From NCBI GenBank assembly GCA_023231475.1, contig JALJEE010002665.1, positions 1 to 48,749 on the forward strand: a stretch of 48,749 bases of DNA. Direction: 5' to 3'. This document shows positions 43,201-48,749 of this stretch, piece after piece (the stretch's first letter is position 1; each line of letters begins with the position of its first letter). This stretch comes from Seison nebaliae (lineage: Eukaryota). The position numbers and the translations under genes were made by a program. The notes below the pieces were generated by a model. The model did no database searches. It was not told where the DNA came from and worked only from the letters and a program-made list of their open reading frames with translations.

Positions 43201-44031
43201 GTTCAATGTGAAATTGTTATTGAAGTTGATGATATCGATGATTCAGCAGTTTTAAGTTCGAAATTTAAATTGAGAAGAAGATCGCATAAAAACTTTTAAA
43301 AATTATATAGCTCGAACTAAACCGATTTTCGTCAATGAAATTTTACCACAAACATCAAAAAAAATTTTATCAAATTCTTTAAACAGTAAATTTATTCAAT
43401 TTGGTGAAAAGAATTATGTAAAAATTAATAAGGAAACGAGCGAATTAAATTTGTTGAAAGAAAAGATGTGGAAGAAGTCGATGAAAACGAAAAAAGATCA
43501 GACATTTCTATATTATATGGAAATGAAAGATGAAGGAGATGGGAAAATGAAATTCATTTCAAAATATACACCAATTATAAAAGTTGATGCAGAGAACGTT
43601 ATTAAGGTGCAATCGGATCTTTCTCTGACACGATTAGAGAAAATAATGAAATCGAAATATTCTAATAGATATTTAGATATTATCAATTCCGATAATGAAG
43701 AAAAGTTTGAAACCATAATTTTTGAAAAATTTCTAATTTCCATTCTAGAGCGGACAATTCTCGAAGTTCTCTGAAGGATTACGAGATGATCTTGTTGACT
43801 GATAATCAAATTCCCGAAATTTCAGATAAATTGGAATTTTCGAAGGAAATCGAATATTATTCCTGTGAAAAGATTAAGGAAGAAATGAAGGATGTTTTGG
43901 AAATAAAATGCGAATCGGTCAAATGGAATAAACGGTTTATAATTCTTTTGTCCGTCATAGTAATTGTAGTAGTTATTACAATTATTCTCATAATTTTGTG
44001 CATTCTGAAATTTGTATTTAAAAAAATTTAA
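37212..44031 (+). CDS. Large cadherin-superfamily protein (~17-18 EC repeats, single TM). First exon 37212-42593, then five introns starting at 42594, 42821, 43027, 43256 and 43704
   Basis: Signal peptide. Repeated LDFE/LDRE/IDYE, AxDxD and DxNDNxP motifs. TM segment FIILLSVIVIVVVITIILIILCIL near 43936-44007. The 3' end is uncertain. Confidence 0.9.
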
Positions 44032-44950
44032 AAAGGATCCAAATAAAATCCTAAATTTATTTTTAAACTTAATGTAAATATAACTGACTTCTGATCTTAC
44101 AGAGCTAATTTTCGTATAGTGCGACAGTATAAATTCTCCAAACCAACAAATTTCCGCGTGGGAAATAAAGGAGTAAGACGGATAAATCATTAAATAAGTC
44201 ATCGGAAATCAATGATTTATTCTGATCTGTTTTCGAACGGAACAGATCAGACACGGAAGATATGATGTTAAAATTCAACAATATAGTACAAAAATCAGTC
44301 ATAGAAATAGGGGTTCCAAAAAATTCCTCACATTGACCGAAAGATGGAGTGGAGATTCCTGAGATATCCACAGAATCAAGAATTCTCAAATATTTTTCGC
44401 AAAGAAAGGTATTCAATTATTCAATTTAAATCTTGGTAAAGATTTGTTTGAAGAAAGAAATAGAATAATCATCTAATCCACCGTTGCCCTATACCTTCGT
44501 ATCATGACGTATACTTCTTGAATCGAAGAAATATTTAGAATTCTGCTTTAGAAACATCGATTAAATAGAGGAAAAATTGCATTATTGATTGATATTGCAT
44601 AAACATTGGCATGGAAACAGTTTTTTCAAAGACCTACTTGTCAATATTTAATGGACAATATTGTCCTTTTGGGCATACATCGAAAAAAACACAGTTTTTC
44701 TACATCAATCTTTGAAGTTCTATATCTAACATTTATGTGTCCGATTATTTTAAATTCCTACTGTATATGTCTCGTATGTCATGACAATGGAAAAAGTAAC
44801 CAAGAAAATTAGCAGAAATTTCATTGTTTTCAAGTTACCATTAGAATTAGAAATTATCAGAATGAAACGAAGAATTTATTGTTCAAAAGAATCTATATTG
44901 TAGAAGTGATGTATTGGAGATATTATTTATTTATTAATTAAATGAAAATA

Positions 44951-46729
44951 TTACAATAAAAGTAAATCAATTTGTCCAATAACTTTAAACGATTCATTTC
45001 CTGCAGCCAATTTATTGGTGAACGATTTAGTGAGAGCGTTCATCGACCGATGACATTTCATTAAAAGATTCTCATATTCTTCCTCATCGTTTGGGAATTT
45101 CTTCGTTTTATTAACAAAATTCTTTATGAAGACTGATAATAAAATTTTCACTGAATCGATTAAATAGATAGTATAATTTGGATGGAATAGATATTTCCTG
45201 AAAAAGAGAATAAGTTGATAGAAATATTTCAATTGGAGAGATTGCATGCACATTCCAATTTGTTGACGTCTAAGCAACTCATAAATGAGATGGACAATCA
45301 GATCAGGTTTCTTTTTATAAAGGACAAGTGAATATTTCAAAGCTTTCGATAATTCGAACCGTTTGAGAAATTTATGAATTTTATCATATTTCTGTGTTAA
45401 TTTATTCGTTCCAATTTGTAAATCTACATTCATCATTCTTTCACCATTGTAATTTTTGGTGAATTTGGAAGAATAAATTTCTGCTTTATCTGCTTTTGGA
45501 TATTGATCCATCAATTGAACTCGTTTTCGGACACTAACATGTCCATCAGTCATTCCGGTGATTAGTGAACAGTGACAAGAATGTGGCAGGAAAGCCATTG
45601 TTGAAATTGGTGCCGATTCTTTGAATGAGGAGATTAATTGATAATTAAGTGTATCATAAATATTCACTTTCATATCTAATGCGCCAGATAACAAGAAGGA
45701 TGAGGTGGATGAAGTGTGAGAATTATCAGAATGAAGTAGAATCGATTTAATCGTTGCACGATGGTTTGACATCTCTCTCATCAATTGACCACCATTCATG
45801 ATATCCCAAACAAAAATCGATTCTCCTCCACAACTATACAATAAATTTGAATTTGGTAGAATTGCAATATCTTCTACAGGAATTTTATGTTCCAAAGAAA
45901 AAACGGAGGATTTCATGTCAATTCTCCTATCGAACATTTTCACCAAACCATCATAAGATGCGGTAAAAATGAGATTCTGTTGGAGAATTGTATTGGGTAC
46001 AAGACATTTTTGTACTCGATCATTATGACATTTCTCATATGTATCGACGATATTCTCCGTTTGTATGTCCCAAATTCTCAAAGAACCGTCGTCACTACCA
46101 CTACATAATCTTTGACCATTATCCAACCATGACAATGCACGAATTGTCATTGAGGAAGTTCTTGTGAGAATTTCTTGTCGTTTCTTCTCCAATGCTTTCG
46201 AAGAACCTTTAATCATGTTATCGAACATGGTATTGTTGGTGGTGAGTGAGGAAGTTAAGGGATTTGTCGACATCGATTGACATTTATCAAATGACGACGA
46301 ATTATTCACTTTAAACGTTCTCAATAATGCACCATTGATTGTATCGAGAACTTTGATATGTCCTTCTTCACCACCAGCAGCTAACAATCGTCCGGAATCG
46401 GTCGGACGGAATGACAATTGACAAACTCGTCTATGAAATTTGGAGAGAAGTCGATCAGATTTCTTTGTCAATCCATCGAACAAATGTATGTGCATCGAAT
46501 TACTTATACCATATTTCACCGGTAACAATTTCATTCCATCTTTCTTCTCATCAATGTCCACTAATTGATGGGAGACTTTTATGTCCGTTATCGGCCCATA
46601 CTCTTTTATTATCTGTATACTATCTCTCCGATTATACGCCTTCCAATAATCGACAGCGTCATTACATTGAATATCAGAACTCCCGTAATGAACTTTGCCG
46701 ATCGAATTCAAATTTTTGAAATCCGCCAT
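44951..46729 (-). CDS. UTP15: U3 snoRNA-associated protein 15 (WD40 repeats plus UTP15 C-terminal domain); intronless
   Basis: MADFK...YWK, GRLLAAGGEEGHIKV, SGSDDGSLRIWDI, TASYDGLVKMFD, NHRATI, LLSGALDMKVNIY, and the C-terminal KFLKRFELSKAL...LIYELLRR. Confidence 0.9.
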   Translation of the reverse strand: MADFKNLNSIGKVHYGSSDIQCNDAVDYWKAYNRRDSIQIIKEYGPITDIKVSHQLVDIDEKKDGMKLLPVKYGISNSMHIHLFDGLTKKSDRLLSKFHRRVCQLSFRPTDSGRLLAAGGEEGHIKVLDTINGALLRTFKVNNSSSFDKCQSMSTNPLTSSLTTNNTMFDNMIKGSSKALEKKRQEILTRTSSMTIRALSWLDNGQRLCSGSDDGSLRIWDIQTENIVDTYEKCHNDRVQKCLVPNTILQQNLIFTASYDGLVKMFDRRIDMKSSVFSLEHKIPVEDIAILPNSNLLYSCGGESIFVWDIMNGGQLMREMSNHRATIKSILLHSDNSHTSSTSSFLLSGALDMKVNIYDTLNYQLISSFKESAPISTMAFLPHSCHCSLITGMTDGHVSVRKRVQLMDQYPKADKAEIYSSKFTKNYNGERMMNVDLQIGTNKLTQKYDKIHKFLKRFELSKALKYSLVLYKKKPDLIVHLIYELLRRQQIGMCMQSLQLKYFYQLILFFRKYLFHPNYTIYLIDSVKILLSVFIKNFVNKTKKFPNDEEEYENLLMKCHRSMNALTKSFTNKLAAGNESFKVIGQIDLLLL

Positions 46730-47962
46730 GTGCAAATATTAATTGAACTAGGCTAACTATTTGTTTCAGCATTACATTCCATTTTTTCAATCATCAATTT
46801 AAATTTATATTCAGTTCATTCTCAGTCCACTACATTCCTTCAAAGAAAGTTTTTTTCGATTTTTCGGAATGGAGATCGAAAATGAAAAATATTTTAAGTT
46901 TTCCGATAATTAATAAAATAATATTCTCGATATTTCGAGTAATACTTGAAAGATATTTCCGCTATTTCCATTAAATCATCAATAGAGACCGATATATTAA
47001 AATATTTCTCATATTAAAAGTTTTATGTAAAGTTTAAGTTAATCAGTGAATTCAGAAATGTTTTAATTAATAATTATTAGGTATTAGTACCGGAACAGTC
47101 CATAATGACTGTTGTAATTGTAATTATATTGTGAGCAACATGAAACCGAAAAATCAAAGACAATTTCTATCATACTTATACATTAAGTGTCATTTTAATT
47201 AATAATGTTGTGAATGGGAACTGGAAGAAAATTTATGATTTGATATTTATTTATCATTTCACATGATATTTGTGTATATGATTATATTTTATTATATAAA
47301 TATAAGTTAAATGTTAATTAATTAATATTATATTTGACAAATAACTGAAAGTGATCTATTTCTTATAAGGTTTTCTTATTTAAATTGCAAAAAAGAACAA
47401 TTTAAAAAAATTTCGTTATGTTATATGAATTTCTATCATATGATAGAAAGAAGAATTTAAACAGTAGAGAGATAAAAGTCGTTATCTAACCTATCTTACC
47501 AAAATAATTTCACTACAACATATTCATTTCCTATCGTTTGTATGATTTTGTTTCTTAGGTAAACAATATGAATGTCCTATTATAATTATCAAATAATCAT
47601 GTCAACACTAACATTTTCGATTGTGCAAACTGTAGTTTGCTAAAATAAATTTATTATTAAAAGAAATGGATTTATTTATTATCTACTGTTTCTTATTATT
47701 GAAGTTACAATCCAACATTCCCACCAACTCAATTGCTACTCTAGCATAAGTTTTCCCTGTTTCTACTAGTATATTAGTAAGTCATAATTTTCAACAATTC
47801 TCGACAATTCCAATAAAACTATGCAAATTTATGCGCAAATTTCTCGTTGGCAGTTTCTACTTTGTTATTTCAGCGAAGCAACCTAAAAAATGGAGTGCAA
47901 TTCCCCAAAAATTTAATCTCACCCACTTTTATTTCTCGACGCGTACGTAGAATAAAATTAAC

Positions 47963-48749
47963 ATGAATACTTACAGATCGTTGATTTTCTGTTCCATAAC
48001 TTTAGTGGTTATTTATATGACTCTACCCGTTTTCCGAAACTTCGATTATTGGAAAAGAAACGGAATTCGGAAAGTTAACGAACTGGAATCAACTGTGGAT
48101 TTTAGTGATGAAGTAAAAGAAAAGATAGATGAAGAATTTCATTCAACTTTCAAACTCTTCTCAATCAGTACACATTTTCATAAAATGAGGTCAACTATGA
48201 ATAATTATGGACAATGTTTCGATTTAGTTAATTCGTCTGCTCACGACCTTTGGAATGAAGATGCCAAAAGATTCTTCCTCAATAGCGAGTTACCGAAACT
48301 AAAAGAAAAACTATATTGTATTGATTCGACACCGTTAAGTACAGATGGAAAGTTGCTAATCCGCGACACTTTTACCAATATCTCCCAAACTTATACATTA
48401 AATGAGACAAGATGGAAGATATTGCAAAATTTATATGGCGACAATCTAGAATGTGAATGGACGAGTTTAGACTCAAATGAAATTATTAAGCTTAATTATA
48501 CTGAAGATGAATTTTTTCAAAAAACATTTGTAATCGAAAGGGAAATGTTTTCTGTCAAATGCAAGAATGGTAGCAAGACCGTAATAATTGAATCATATTT
48601 TAATTTCAATTCGAAAAAGTTCCGTCAAATGGAACAACAAAAGATAAAATTTGATAAAGATTTTAAGAATAAGAAGAATATGAAGAAAAATAATGATAAA
48701 TTGTACAACATTGTCATTTTGGGAATAGATTCGTTATCTTCTCAAACGA
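47963..48749 (+). CDS. DUF229-family protein (alkaline-phosphatase-like superfamily), 3'-partial; missing from the ORF track
   Basis: Open from ATG 47963 to the window end. N-terminal signal anchor SLIFCSITLVVIYMTL, a Cys-spaced stem, and the end YNIVILGIDSLS typical of the DUF229 domain start. Confidence 0.8.
   Translation, partial: MNTYRSLIFCSITLVVIYMTLPVFRNFDYWKRNGIRKVNELESTVDFSDEVKEKIDEEFHSTFKLFSISTHFHKMRSTMNNYGQCFDLVNSSAHDLWNEDAKRFFLNSELPKLKEKLYCIDSTPLSTDGKLLIRDTFTNISQTYTLNETRWKILQNLYGDNLECEWTSLDSNEIIKLNYTEDEFFQKTFVIEREMFSVKCKNGSKTVIIESYFNFNSKKFRQMEQQKIKFDKDFKNKKNMKKNNDKLYNIVILGIDSLSSQT

Overview
Very AT-rich, gene-dense eukaryotic (metazoan, compact-genome invertebrate) DNA. No prokaryotic features, CRISPR array, tRNA or rRNA were seen. 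About 15 protein-coding genes could be reconstructed by hand: an orphan ORF, an SQD2/SqdX-like GT4 glycosyltransferase, a SAM-domain protein, calcineurin B, a coiled-coil protein, RPL6, a two-exon orphan, CEP290 (~31 introns), U2SURP/SR140 (~16 introns), CTU1, two tandem secreted Cys-rich colipase/prokineticin-fold peptides, a ~2200-aa cadherin, UTP15 and a partial DUF229 gene. There are also decayed LINE and BEL/Pao retroelement fragments. The strongest signal is the splicing code. Of ~63 introns I could place by frame and homology (mostly 39-61 nt), all but one or two begin GTT rather than GTRAG. This includes introns at ancestral positions. About one in six end in AAG, often with no polypyrimidine tract. 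Second is the intronless, membrane-anchored homologue of plant/cyanobacterial sulfolipid synthase among animal genes, a horizontal-transfer candidate. Exon models are manual and unverified by transcripts.
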